In this document: piece by piece, positions 1 to 7,619 of the stretch
Numbering within the stretch: the first letter of the stretch is position 1
Layout of the letters: every line of letters starts with the position of its first letter
Origin: a virus
Lineage: Duplodnaviria; Caudoviricetes
IMG/VR virus record: IMGVR_UViG_3300020248_000006
Location: 1 to 30,357 of that record
Length of the DNA stretch: 30,357 nt
Direction: 5' to 3' (one strand)
The notes under the pieces: generated by a model
What the model saw: the letters and a program-made list of their open reading frames with translations, nothing else
Database searches by the model: none
What the model was told of the DNA's origin: nothing
Translations under genes and position numbers: made by a program

Positions 1-170
1 CCAGGTGATAGTGGCGACCCAAGAAACTCAGCTAAGGGAGTGATAGTGGCGGACTGGTACGTATGTACTATAATACATATGTACTACTAGATTGTAACAT
101 TCAGCTGCTTAGTACATTTGTACTATAGGTATATATACTTATAAAAAAAGCATATAAATCCCCTGAAATG

Positions 171-247
171 CATAAGCAAATCTTATAGTATATTTGTACT
201 ACTAAGCATAAAATTTAAAAATTGTCAAATCATAAGCAAATCTTATA
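171..247. repeat. 17-bp direct repeat CATAAGCAAATCTTATA
   Basis: Identical copies at 171-187 and 231-247. Confidence 0.9.
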
Positions 248-345
248 ATAGGTATTATTACTCTTAATATAACATAATCCACATTTAGTGCAAGTATTTG
301 TTAGTAAACCCACAGATGTCGCCACAGAGAGTCCCCGCATGCTCT

Positions 346-458
346 CCTGATTTTGTCAATAGGTATTTATACTCAGTTGTGCAACTTCCTGGAATGTCAC
401 AAGTACACTTGTACTACTCGCGGGGCTACCATACATCCCTGATTTTGTCAATAGGTAT
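346..458. repeat. 21-bp direct repeat CCTGATTTTGTCAATAGGTAT containing a minus-strand TTGACA
   Basis: Identical copies at 346-366 and 438-458. Confidence 0.9.
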
Positions 459-502
459 AAATACCTGATGCGATAGTGGTAGTACAAATGTACTAGCCCC
501 GC

Positions 503-531
503 AAGGTACCACAAAAATTGTCAAGTGTCAA
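503..531 (-). promoter_or_regulatory. Putative sigma70 promoter (TTGACA-N17-TACCTT with extended -10 TG)
   Basis: Minus strand reads TTGACA cttgacaatttttgTGg TACCTT; the LexA-type box at 481-494 lies just downstream of the predicted start site. Confidence 0.5.
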
Positions 532-639
532 TGTGCCACTTAACATTCTGTCACAGCGTATAAAATGACGCGGGGGGGTGTAGCAAATGGCGTGTACGTA
601 TTATCCCCACAAACAATTTTGTCAAAATTTAAGACCCCC

Positions 640-795
640 TTACTTCTTCCATATCCTGTTGAGATGCTGTCTTTGCAACTCAGTTCTTATTTCGGCTAAG
701 GTTTTTAGTGGCCAACGGTTAATCTTTAGTGCTACTCTAAATCTTCTATACCATCTACTCTTCTTCAACCTCTGCCATGCTTGTTGTATCGTCAT
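640..795 (-). CDS. Small basic hypothetical protein, 51 aa (MTIQQAWQRLKKSRWYRRF...NRIWKK)
   Basis: Manually translated ATG-TAA ORF, same strand as all other phage genes; not in the ORF track. Confidence 0.55.
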   Translation of the reverse strand: MTIQQAWQRLKKSRWYRRFRVALKINRWPLKTLAEIRTELQRQHLNRIWKK

Positions 796-847
796 GGTCG
801 TACTGTACGTAGGTGCTATAGAGTTAGTAGTAGGTGGTTAATAGTAG

Positions 848-943
848 CACGAGCGGGTAACTCGTGTAGTAGAGGGGGAGTGATAAAATCATCTTCCCCT
901 CTTGACCGCTGTTTCCACCCACGAGGAGCACCACTTCCCCGTG
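848..943 (-). other. Three consecutive GC-rich hairpins downstream of terminase
   Basis: Inverted repeats at 920-943, 872-901 and 848-866. Confidence 0.5.
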
Positions 944-961
944 TATTATGAGGGGGTATCT

Positions 962-2692
962 CTACATCCAAGTCATATCATTACCTCTAGCCAACCCTCT
1001 AGCTTCTTTACGTTGGTCTAAATCCAACCCCAATACCATATGATTAGCTTCTGCTTGAGGGTCATCCATCCATGCCTCTAGGTGGTCTAACCACTCTTCT
1101 TTTCGTCTGTCTTTTATCTGTTGTTGAGCGGATATGGCGAGGGCATCTGTGAACCATTTAACGCCCTGGGCAAGGGCATCAATTCTGTCGTCATGTCTGA
1201 CAGCCCCTCGCTCGCGGCACATCCTGCTGATTTGGTAAGCAAGCATGTATTGGAATCTATTTTCAGTTGCCTCATTTTCATTAGACGAATAATCCCACTT
1301 AATGACGGCAGGATCAACCACAAGCCTATGCTGGTTAAAGACAGGCTCAAGGCTACTAATAATACGCTCTTCTTTACGGACATTTGCTCTAGTCTCCTCT
1401 ATATCTATGTCTGTTTTTGTCGTCTGACAATGTTTTCTAAATAGCTCTGATACAATACCATCGCCAAAGTTGCTCTCGATGAGCAGTGTACTCGCACCAT
1501 ACTTACGGCATCTCCTTAATATGTCTAATAATGTTTTGTCGCTATAACCGTCCTTAGAGGCGTAAACCTCATGTAGGTATATAAAACCATTTAACTGTGA
1601 TAAGAAGCATGCTACAGTCTCGTCTGAGCCCCTTCCAGAGGGGTCTACCGAGCATATAGTCTCTGTATACTCACACCACTCTCCTTGCACCTGCATAGGG
1701 CTGTAATAGTAGTCTCCTGGGAGCCCCGCACAAGGTAAATCTTTGACTATATTGTCTGGACTAGAACACCAAATGATGTTTTCGGGTGCATGTGTGGGGT
1801 TTACGGGTGTGACTATAAGGTCTGCAAACTTTAATGGGAACTTTTCTGCGTCAGACAGTGTAGTGTCTAGCATAAACTGCAACATAAAGTTGCTACGTCC
1901 CATAGATGCTTCTCTATCTAGTAAGTCCTCCTCTTTAAACCTTGTATCTGTAGGTTGCCAAGCTAGGTCTTTCTTTTCCAAGTCCTTTGCTAGTTGCGGT
2001 GCAAGCAAGCCATCATACATAGCTACCTTGCGAGGGTATCTAGCTGGCCATACAAAAGGTCTATAGCTACGTTCTCGTAGTTTATTGTAGACAGTAAAAG
2101 TGGTTTGAGGAGTTCCCAAGAACATAATCCTAGAATCACGCTTAGGAGTAAGGATAGACTCACATTCAGTAACCAACTGTAAAAGTTTTTCACGTTGTAG
2201 TTCTGTCATACTGTTGTTAGGTACTTCGACATCATCTAGTACCATAAGGTCAGCTCTAGATCCTGTGAGCTGTCCTGTAATACCCACAGACTTAACTGAG
2301 GGTGCTTGGTGCGGGGCTGCTGGCCCTACATCAAATGATATACGTGACCAACGCTGGTCATCATTCTTAGGTTTTAACTGCGATAACCAAGGTACTTCTA
2401 GTATTAGTCTTTGACAGAAGATTGAGAATGAGTCTGCTCTATCTTTTGAAGCAGAGACGACCATAATCTTTTTATCTGGGTTATTGAATAAAGTCCAAAG
2501 GACAAATGCAGCAGTAATCCAAGACTTACCAACGCCACGAAACGCTTGGATTTGTAATCTTTTTGGGCCATTTTGTAAATACTCAGCGATACATAGTTGT
2601 GCTCTAGTAGGAGCGGGTAGGTTTAAGTGTGTCCAAACAGCTGTAAGAAAATACCTAAAGTCTTTTTGGAGTTGTTTTTCAATAGTTGTCAT
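962..2692 (-). CDS. terL: Terminase large subunit (T7 gp19-like DNA maturase B)
   Basis: Walker A AFRGVGKS, Walker B LMVLDDVE, coupling motif LGTPQ, nuclease motifs SVDPSGRGSDET and HDDRIDALA. Confidence 0.97.
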   Translation of the reverse strand: MTTIEKQLQKDFRYFLTAVWTHLNLPAPTRAQLCIAEYLQNGPKRLQIQAFRGVGKSWITAAFVLWTLFNNPDKKIMVVSASKDRADSFSIFCQRLILEVPWLSQLKPKNDDQRWSRISFDVGPAAPHQAPSVKSVGITGQLTGSRADLMVLDDVEVPNNSMTELQREKLLQLVTECESILTPKRDSRIMFLGTPQTTFTVYNKLRERSYRPFVWPARYPRKVAMYDGLLAPQLAKDLEKKDLAWQPTDTRFKEEDLLDREASMGRSNFMLQFMLDTTLSDAEKFPLKFADLIVTPVNPTHAPENIIWCSSPDNIVKDLPCAGLPGDYYYSPMQVQGEWCEYTETICSVDPSGRGSDETVACFLSQLNGFIYLHEVYASKDGYSDKTLLDILRRCRKYGASTLLIESNFGDGIVSELFRKHCQTTKTDIDIEETRANVRKEERIISSLEPVFNQHRLVVDPAVIKWDYSSNENEATENRFQYMLAYQISRMCRERGAVRHDDRIDALAQGVKWFTDALAISAQQQIKDRRKEEWLDHLEAWMDDPQAEANHMVLGLDLDQRKEARGLARGNDMTWM

Positions 2693-3245
2693 CTTTTGGT
2701 ATCTGTTGATATGTAAATCCGTTAGCGTTGTTATTTAAAAATAACTGTGCTTCTATATTACGTCTGTTTTTTAAGCCTTGATTAGGTTTACCGCCAGAAT
2801 TAAAGTATAAACCCATAGCGTTTATGATTCTATTTGTATCACCACTTGCTATAGCTTTACGTAATATTCTATTTTCTGGTACATCAACAACATTTGTCCC
2901 AGTATTAAAAGCAAAAGATACAATAGCACCTTTTTGATTTGGGCTTAAATCACCATATATTGGGTAATTTTCTAAAAAATGAGAATCTATTTCAATTATC
3001 TTATCTTCAAGTATTTTTAATGATTCTTCTTCTGTAATTGTAGTTTCTGGTGTTACAGGTTTACCGTTTATATACTCAAACCCGTGTCCTATAGTCCAAT
3101 TACCAAGACTGCCATCATCATTCTTAACTCTATATGGTTTTTCTCTAAACCCACCTTCTAGGTTTGATATAAATTGTTTAGTTGTATCCATCCAACCGTA
3201 ATCATCTATATCATACCTGTCATATTCAGTCTGGTTTTCTTCCAT
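2679..3245 (-). CDS. GH24 phage lysozyme (endolysin-like)
   Basis: LEG...PY...WTIGHG, NQKGAIVSFAFNTG and GLKNRRNIE motifs typical of GH24 lysozymes. Confidence 0.85.
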   Translation of the reverse strand: MEENQTEYDRYDIDDYGWMDTTKQFISNLEGGFREKPYRVKNDDGSLGNWTIGHGFEYINGKPVTPETTITEEESLKILEDKIIEIDSHFLENYPIYGDLSPNQKGAIVSFAFNTGTNVVDVPENRILRKAIASGDTNRIINAMGLYFNSGGKPNQGLKNRRNIEAQLFLNNNANGFTYQQIPKDDNY

Positions 3246-3513
3246 ATTCTATGCTCATATCATTTAATCCTTCTACCTCGGAAGGTAAGATTTTGACCCC
3301 TGGTTCACTACGCCAATCCTCACAAAAATCACATAGTTTGTTGTATTTTTCTACAGCATCATCTACAGCTTTTTTAGCTTTGTAGTCTATGTATTTAGGT
3401 TCTAGCCATAACAAAAACCACACCATAGCCCAACGTAAGGGCTTAGGTGTAGTGTATGCAATGTCTTTGAGTTCTTGTAATAGTAACTTATTAGGGTGAA
3501 ATAGTTTGTTCAC
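3226..3513 (-). CDS. Hypothetical protein, 95 aa
   Basis: ORF overlapping both neighbours in the packed minus-strand operon. Confidence 0.65.
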   Translation of the reverse strand: MNKLFHPNKLLLQELKDIAYTTPKPLRWAMVWFLLWLEPKYIDYKAKKAVDDAVEKYNKLCDFCEDWRSEPGVKILPSEVEGLNDMSIEYGRKPD

Positions 3514-3838
3514 TAATCCAATTTAAAATTAAGTTTTCTCTAAAAGGGTTTGGCGGGAACGTAGTACGAAACCACGTTAGCCAGTTCATACTTCCTTTTT
3601 CTTGATTACATCGTCTACAGGCAGGAACGCAGTTTGTAGACATGTGACTGCCACCCAAACATCTGGGACGCACATGGTCAATGGTAAGATCAAATTCATG
3701 ATGTTTTTCTCCGCAATAAATACATTCATAGTTGTTTGCCTCCTTAATAGCTTTTCTCCAGAGTTTTTTAGCGTCTGTTGATGTCATGACTATTAAGTTT
3801 TGTGTGTAATCTTTATAAGTAGGAAGTAATGGTGTCAT
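3491..3838 (-). CDS. HNH endonuclease
   Basis: CIYC...TIDHVRPRCLGG...NCVPACRRCNQEKG zinc-binding HNH signature. Confidence 0.92.
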   Translation of the reverse strand: MTPLLPTYKDYTQNLIVMTSTDAKKLWRKAIKEANNYECIYCGEKHHEFDLTIDHVRPRCLGGSHMSTNCVPACRRCNQEKGSMNWLTWFRTTFPPNPFRENLILNWISEQTISP

Positions 3839-4104
3839 TTTTTACCACGATTTCTTGCTCTGTTTGCTGAAACACTTTCACGTACTAATCTTCCTGACTT
3901 AGTGTGTGAAAAATCCTTACCGCCCTTACCTTCTGCCCCCGCTTTTCTACGGGCTCTCTTAAGTTCCACCCTATAGGCGATGGCTTCTTTGGATTTGTTA
4001 CGCTTTCTGTTGTATGCGTTTTTCTTTGCTCTGGATGCGGGGTTATCCCTGTAGTTTCTTGCACTTCGTTTAAGTTGTTTACGTGGTAGTCGTCTAGGAG
4101 CCAT
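3835..4104 (-). CDS. Arg/Lys-rich protein with a degenerate HNH-like C-terminus
   Basis: GKDFSHTKSGRLVRESVSANRARN resembles a minimal D-x-x-H...N-R-x-x-N motif; coupled to terS by TAATG. Confidence 0.7.
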   Translation of the reverse strand: MAPRRLPRKQLKRSARNYRDNPASRAKKNAYNRKRNKSKEAIAYRVELKRARRKAGAEGKGGKDFSHTKSGRLVRESVSANRARNRGKK

Positions 4105-4340
4105 TATTTTATTACCGATCTTTGTACTGTGTCAAAATCGACAGTTGGCATAATGTCTGCTAGTTGAGATAAAGGTGACGTGTCAAACGCTACACCTGTT
4201 ATATCGTTCTTATAGAGCCAGTCAGCAGCAGCTTTTAGGTCAGCGGTAGTAGCTTCACCGCTACGTATTCTGTCTATAAGCTCAGTTGTAACTAAATTAT
4301 GTAATTCGTTAAACTGTTTTTCTCCTGCTCTTTTACTCAA
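4104..4340 (-). CDS. terS: Terminase small subunit (T7 gp18-like DNA maturase A)
   Basis: FNELHNLVT...GEATTADLKAAADWLYKNDITG resembles gp18-type small subunits; size and position fit; TTG start. Confidence 0.8.
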   Translation of the reverse strand: MSKRAGEKQFNELHNLVTTELIDRIRSGEATTADLKAAADWLYKNDITGVAFDTSPLSQLADIMPTVDFDTVQRSVIK

Positions 4341-4491
4341 CTTTTAATCCTCGTTTAATAAATTCTACTGCCTTGTCATCAAGGTCATTATCGCTTTCTT
4401 TGGATAACTTTTCTAATAAGTCAACTACAAATAGTTTAAATTTCTCACTTTTTAAAAAAGTTAAAACGATTGGTTTTAGTAGTGCTAACAT
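4333..4491 (-). CDS. Small hypothetical protein, 52 aa (MLALLKPIVLTFLKSEKFKLFVVDLLEKLSKESDNDLDDKAVEFIKRGLKVE)
   Basis: Manually translated; fills the gap between neighbours; DNDLDDKAV resembles small cyanophage proteins. Confidence 0.75.
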   Translation of the reverse strand: MLALLKPIVLTFLKSEKFKLFVVDLLEKLSKESDNDLDDKAVEFIKRGLKVE

Positions 4492-5008
4492 CTTCTTTAA
4501 TTAATGATTGTATAGGTACGATGTCTTGGCACATGTGAGCTACACGACTGCCAGGGTATATCGTAAACCCTTTTTGTTGTAGTTCTGCACATTTAAGTGC
4601 ACGAACAAGCTCGTAGTCAAGCCTCATCTTTTCTTCTTGTCTCTTAGCTATTTCTTGACATTGTTTAGTCAAGTCACGGTTAAGTGGCACTGAAAAGTTT
4701 ATTTGAAAACCCCAGTTCTCTGATATGACATAACCCTCTGGGTCATATGGTGAGGTGTCATTACCCATGTAAAAGGGGCTAAACGTCATTGTTGATCCGT
4801 TACAAGATATGGCAGAACCATATTGTTGTCTAGACGGTGCTCCATTATTTTGAAATTGCACAGCCTGATTGGTAACATTTCCTGTTGCCGCTGCCACAGG
4901 GTTGGACGAGTTATTGGTGTCTCCTTCCGCATATACTGGTGTTATTGTGAGAATACAGAGAGCGAGGTAGTAGTAGAGTTGATTGTATAGTTTCTTGTGG
5001 TATCCCAT
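4445..5008 (-). CDS. Hypothetical protein with a signal-peptide-like N-terminus
   Basis: YYYLALCILTITPVYA signal-like segment; start uncertain (ATG at 5008 preferred over 5053). Confidence 0.75.
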   Translation of the reverse strand: MGYHKKLYNQLYYYLALCILTITPVYAEGDTNNSSNPVAAATGNVTNQAVQFQNNGAPSRQQYGSAISCNGSTMTFSPFYMGNDTSPYDPEGYVISENWGFQINFSVPLNRDLTKQCQEIAKRQEEKMRLDYELVRALKCAELQQKGFTIYPGSRVAHMCQDIVPIQSLIKEDVSTTKTNRFNFFKK

Positions 5009-5301
5009 TGTTCTACTAATCCAGCTGATCTTGATGTGGTTTCTAGTGACCAAGGTAGTGTAGTGTCAGTAACAGTAAATACTGCATCGCCTCCAGCGAT
5101 ACCAGCACTAGCTGATGCTGTAATATTAGACCCATTCCAAGTCTTTACTTCAGCACCAAATACTTGACGTTGTTCTACTTCGGTTATGGTCTGTGTGGTT
5201 GTGGTCGTTGAGTTCATCGACCCTGTGGTAAACTGAGGCGTAACGGTATTAGCATATGCACCTGCAGGTAGCAGTAGCATAGCAATAAGTAGTTTTTTCA
5301 T
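4942..5301 (-). CDS. Secreted Thr/Ser-rich hypothetical protein
   Basis: Classic signal peptide MKKLLIAMLLLPAGAYA. Confidence 0.8.
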   Translation of the reverse strand: MKKLLIAMLLLPAGAYANTVTPQFTTGSMNSTTTTTQTITEVEQRQVFGAEVKTWNGSNITASASAGIAGGDAVFTVTDTTLPWSLETTSRSAGLVEQWDTTRNYTINSTTTSLSVFSQ

Positions 5302-5597
5302 TGTTTGGTTTTTTCTTCTTTAACCTTCTTACTATTACCAGTAGAAAGACCAAATGTGGCCAAAGCTCCAGTAAAAATCGAGGCTACGAACGTGATGTCG
5401 GACGATGCACCCAAAGGTTTTTTGACCATAGGTAACTCAACATAGTTAAGAGTAATAATAAAACCAGACCAAACAACAACTCCTAAACGCACAATCGCAC
5501 CTAAGATTGCCATTTGTTCATCGTGGTCATCTACATTTTCTTTGAACTTTTTTAAGAAACTTTTGGGTTGTCCTTTGATAACTTTATCTTCTTCCAT
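5298..5597 (-). CDS. Two-TM membrane protein (holin candidate)
   Basis: Two hydrophobic segments and a charged C-terminal tail; lies between tail genes and terS, like T7 gene 17.5. Confidence 0.6.
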   Translation of the reverse strand: MEEDKVIKGQPKSFLKKFKENVDDHDEQMAILGAIVRLGVVVWSGFIITLNYVELPMVKKPLGASSDITFVASIFTGALATFGLSTGNSKKVKEEKTKQ

Positions 5598-5932
5598 GCT
5601 GTTTTAAGTATTGGCTTCATAGCTGTAACAACCCATTTAAAAGCTGCTGTTGCAGTTAGGGTTGCAGCGACAGAAACAACTGCCGTAGTAGAAGCCGTTA
5701 TAAGTATTTCATTTTCTGGTAAAGGCATTTTGAAGTCCGTAAACGGTATGTCAACTTGCCTTATGCCAGTAGGTGTTTCTTCTGTAGCCTCTGGTTCTGT
5801 ACCCTCTGGCTCTCTAAGATCGCTAGGAGGTACTACCAGAGGTACATAACTAGGAACGTCAGCAGTAGGTAGTGGTATAGATATAGTTTCAAGCGGTATC
5901 CCATTTGGTAATACTATGGTAGGTGTTTGCAC
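5552..5932 (-). CDS. Pro-rich hypothetical protein with a C-terminal hydrophobic helix
   Basis: ILITASTTAVVSVAATLTATAAF segment; packed in the operon. Confidence 0.75.
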   Translation of the reverse strand: MQTPTIVLPNGIPLETISIPLPTADVPSYVPLVVPPSDLREPEGTEPEATEETPTGIRQVDIPFTDFKMPLPENEILITASTTAVVSVAATLTATAAFKWVVTAMKPILKTAWKKIKLSKDNPKVS

Positions 5933-6222
5933 TATGGTTTAGGATACTTGTCCTTAATAGCTTTAATATCTGCCTTCCAAGCGTCTATACCAGAATGATA
6001 GATTTTGTCAAGCTGATCTTCCCAAGAAGGATACTCTTTTTTTCTTTGTCTTTGATACTCTAAAGCTGCATACGCATCATCTAGTGATTTACGAGCTGCT
6101 GCTACTTTAACTGCATCTATTGTTACTTCTTTACCATCTTTATCAAACGCTCCTCTAGAGTCGTCTATTTCTACTACGATACCTTTATAGCTTTCGTAGA
6201 TTGCTTCATGATCTAATGCCAT
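5932..6222 (-). CDS. Tail fibre assembly/chaperone-like protein
   Basis: YQRQRKKEYPSWEDQLDKIYH...WKADIKAIKDKYPKP motif, common just after marine phage fibre genes. Confidence 0.7.
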   Translation of the reverse strand: MALDHEAIYESYKGIVVEIDDSRGAFDKDGKEVTIDAVKVAAARKSLDDAYAALEYQRQRKKEYPSWEDQLDKIYHSGIDAWKADIKAIKDKYPKP

Positions 6223-6240
6223 AATAAATAATAATTGTGA

Positions 6241-6903
6241 TTAGGGTGCTAGTTCTATTGCTGTTATTGTTGAGGCTGTTCTTACACCATACTGTCCACT
6301 ATCTGATTGGTTTCTGTTAAAATAAACAGTATTCCCATCATTACCACGAAACCTAAGTTTATATGTAACATTACCAGTTGTTGCTGGACTATCAAGTTTA
6401 ACATATGTTACACCGTTAGTTCCGTAATAACCTTCACCTGTACTGTTTCCTCCAGAGTATCCACCAGACGCACATGATTCTTTTCCAGAGGCAGCATCCC
6501 CTCCTAGTATGCTATTATTATTGCCATATGTTAAAGCAATAAAGTGTGAGTCATGTCCAGAACACGTACCAACAAAACAAACAACAAGCACTTTGTTTGC
6601 TGAATTTGATACATTTATTGTAACTGACATTCCTGAGACATCAACAAAACTTGTAGAAGTAGTTGAAGCAACTGATGTTTTTAGTGTTGATTCATAATTT
6701 ACAATTTTACCTCCAACACCACTAGCTAACTTAGCAGCTGTAATTGAACCGTCTGCTATACTTGTATCAACTGTTGCAAATGATAATACACCACTTCCAT
6801 CAGTTTTCATAAACTGACCAGTAGTACCATCTGACGTAGGTAATGTAAATTCAGATGAACCACTTGCTGTATGTTGTAATTTATTTGTTTGTAATTTACT
6901 CAT
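6241..6903 (-). CDS. Tail fibre-associated / receptor-binding-like protein (paralogue 3)
   Basis: Shares LP..DG..GQF.KTDGSG.LSF with the tail fibre; C-terminal VTYKL...STITAIE domain. Confidence 0.75.
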   Translation of the reverse strand: MSKLQTNKLQHTASGSSEFTLPTSDGTTGQFMKTDGSGVLSFATVDTSIADGSITAAKLASGVGGKIVNYESTLKTSVASTTSTSFVDVSGMSVTINVSNSANKVLVVCFVGTCSGHDSHFIALTYGNNNSILGGDAASGKESCASGGYSGGNSTGEGYYGTNGVTYVKLDSPATTGNVTYKLRFRGNDGNTVYFNRNQSDSGQYGVRTASTITAIELAP

Positions 6904-7619
6904 TATCCAGCTCCTTGAATTTCCATAACTCTTATAGTAGATATTGCTGTACCGTTATAGTTTGCATCTTGACCTACATAGGTTCTGTTTACATACATAG
7001 TACCTCCTGCATAACTGTGGACTTGTAATTTATATGTAACTTGTGATGTAGTATTGTAAGTATTATCTGCAGCAAAAAAAGTTGCAGGAAAAATAGTATA
7101 TTGTCCATTAGATGGATAAAGATACCAATGGCTAAGTCCTTCCATTACACTACTTTGAGAACCATCTCCGTATGCAATAACATTACTGCTTGATCCAACA
7201 GTTCTTACCATTCTAGTAGTGTAATGATAACCGTCAGGGCCACTAAAATGTAATACTCCATCTATTAATATCGTACCATTTGAAGTGGTTGGTGTAATAT
7301 TAACAGACATACCAACATCGACAAAACTACCACCAGACATACTATAACTACTAATATTAGTTTTCATAGAATATTGGACTTGTGTAATTTTACCTTGAAA
7401 TACACTATTTGCAAATTTAGCTGTTGTAATCGAACCGTCAGCAATACTTGTATCGACAGTACCAAAAGATAAATTTCCTGACCCGTCAGTTTTTAAAAAT
7501 TGATTACTGCTACCGTCAGCTACAGGTAGTTTAAACTCTATATCTGCACTATCTGTTGTTGAAGCTGGAGCATTTAAAGATACTGAACCAGCTGATGAAC
7601 CATTTAATTTTAATGTCAT
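6903..7619 (-). CDS. Tail fibre-associated / receptor-binding-like protein (paralogue 2)
   Basis: Probable start MTLKLNGS at 7619 (ATGA overlap with the upstream gene); KTDGSG module; VTYKLQ...STIRVMEI. Confidence 0.75.
   Translation of the reverse strand: MTLKLNGSSAGSVSLNAPASTTDSADIEFKLPVADGSSNQFLKTDGSGNLSFGTVDTSIADGSITTAKFANSVFQGKITQVQYSMKTNISSYSMSGGSFVDVGMSVNITPTTSNGTILIDGVLHFSGPDGYHYTTRMVRTVGSSSNVIAYGDGSQSSVMEGLSHWYLYPSNGQYTIFPATFFAADNTYNTTSQVTYKLQVHSYAGGTMYVNRTYVGQDANYNGTAISTIRVMEIQGAG

Larger units (their letters stand above)
127..466. repeat. Second palindrome family AGGTATwwwTACyy (4 copies)
   Basis: AGGTATATATACTT 127-140, AGGTATTATTACTC 250-263, AGGTATTTATACTC 361-374, AGGTATAAATACCT 453-466. 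Confidence 0.7.
56..495. promoter_or_regulatory. Array of cyanobacterial LexA (SOS)-type boxes
   Basis: Full RGTAC-N4-GTACT matches: GGTACGTATGTACT 56-69, AGTACATTTGTACT 111-124, AGTACACTTGTACT 402-415, AGTACAAATGTACT 481-494. One-mismatch copies at 72-85 and 187-200. Fits the cyanobacterial LexA consensus RGTACNNNDGTWCB. LexA binding itself is inferred. Confidence 0.7.

Noticed and set aside
56-495. NtcA binding sites
   Set aside because: Spacing is GTA-N6-TAC or GTA-N4-TAC, not the NtcA GTA-N8-TAC
1-540. Possible CRISPR/mini-array
   Set aside because: Repeats are short, of several kinds and irregularly spaced; no constant repeat-spacer period and no cas genes
587-841. 84-aa plus-strand ORF
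   Set aside because: Opposite to genome polarity, no recognisable motif, and overlaps a more plausible 51-aa minus-strand ORF
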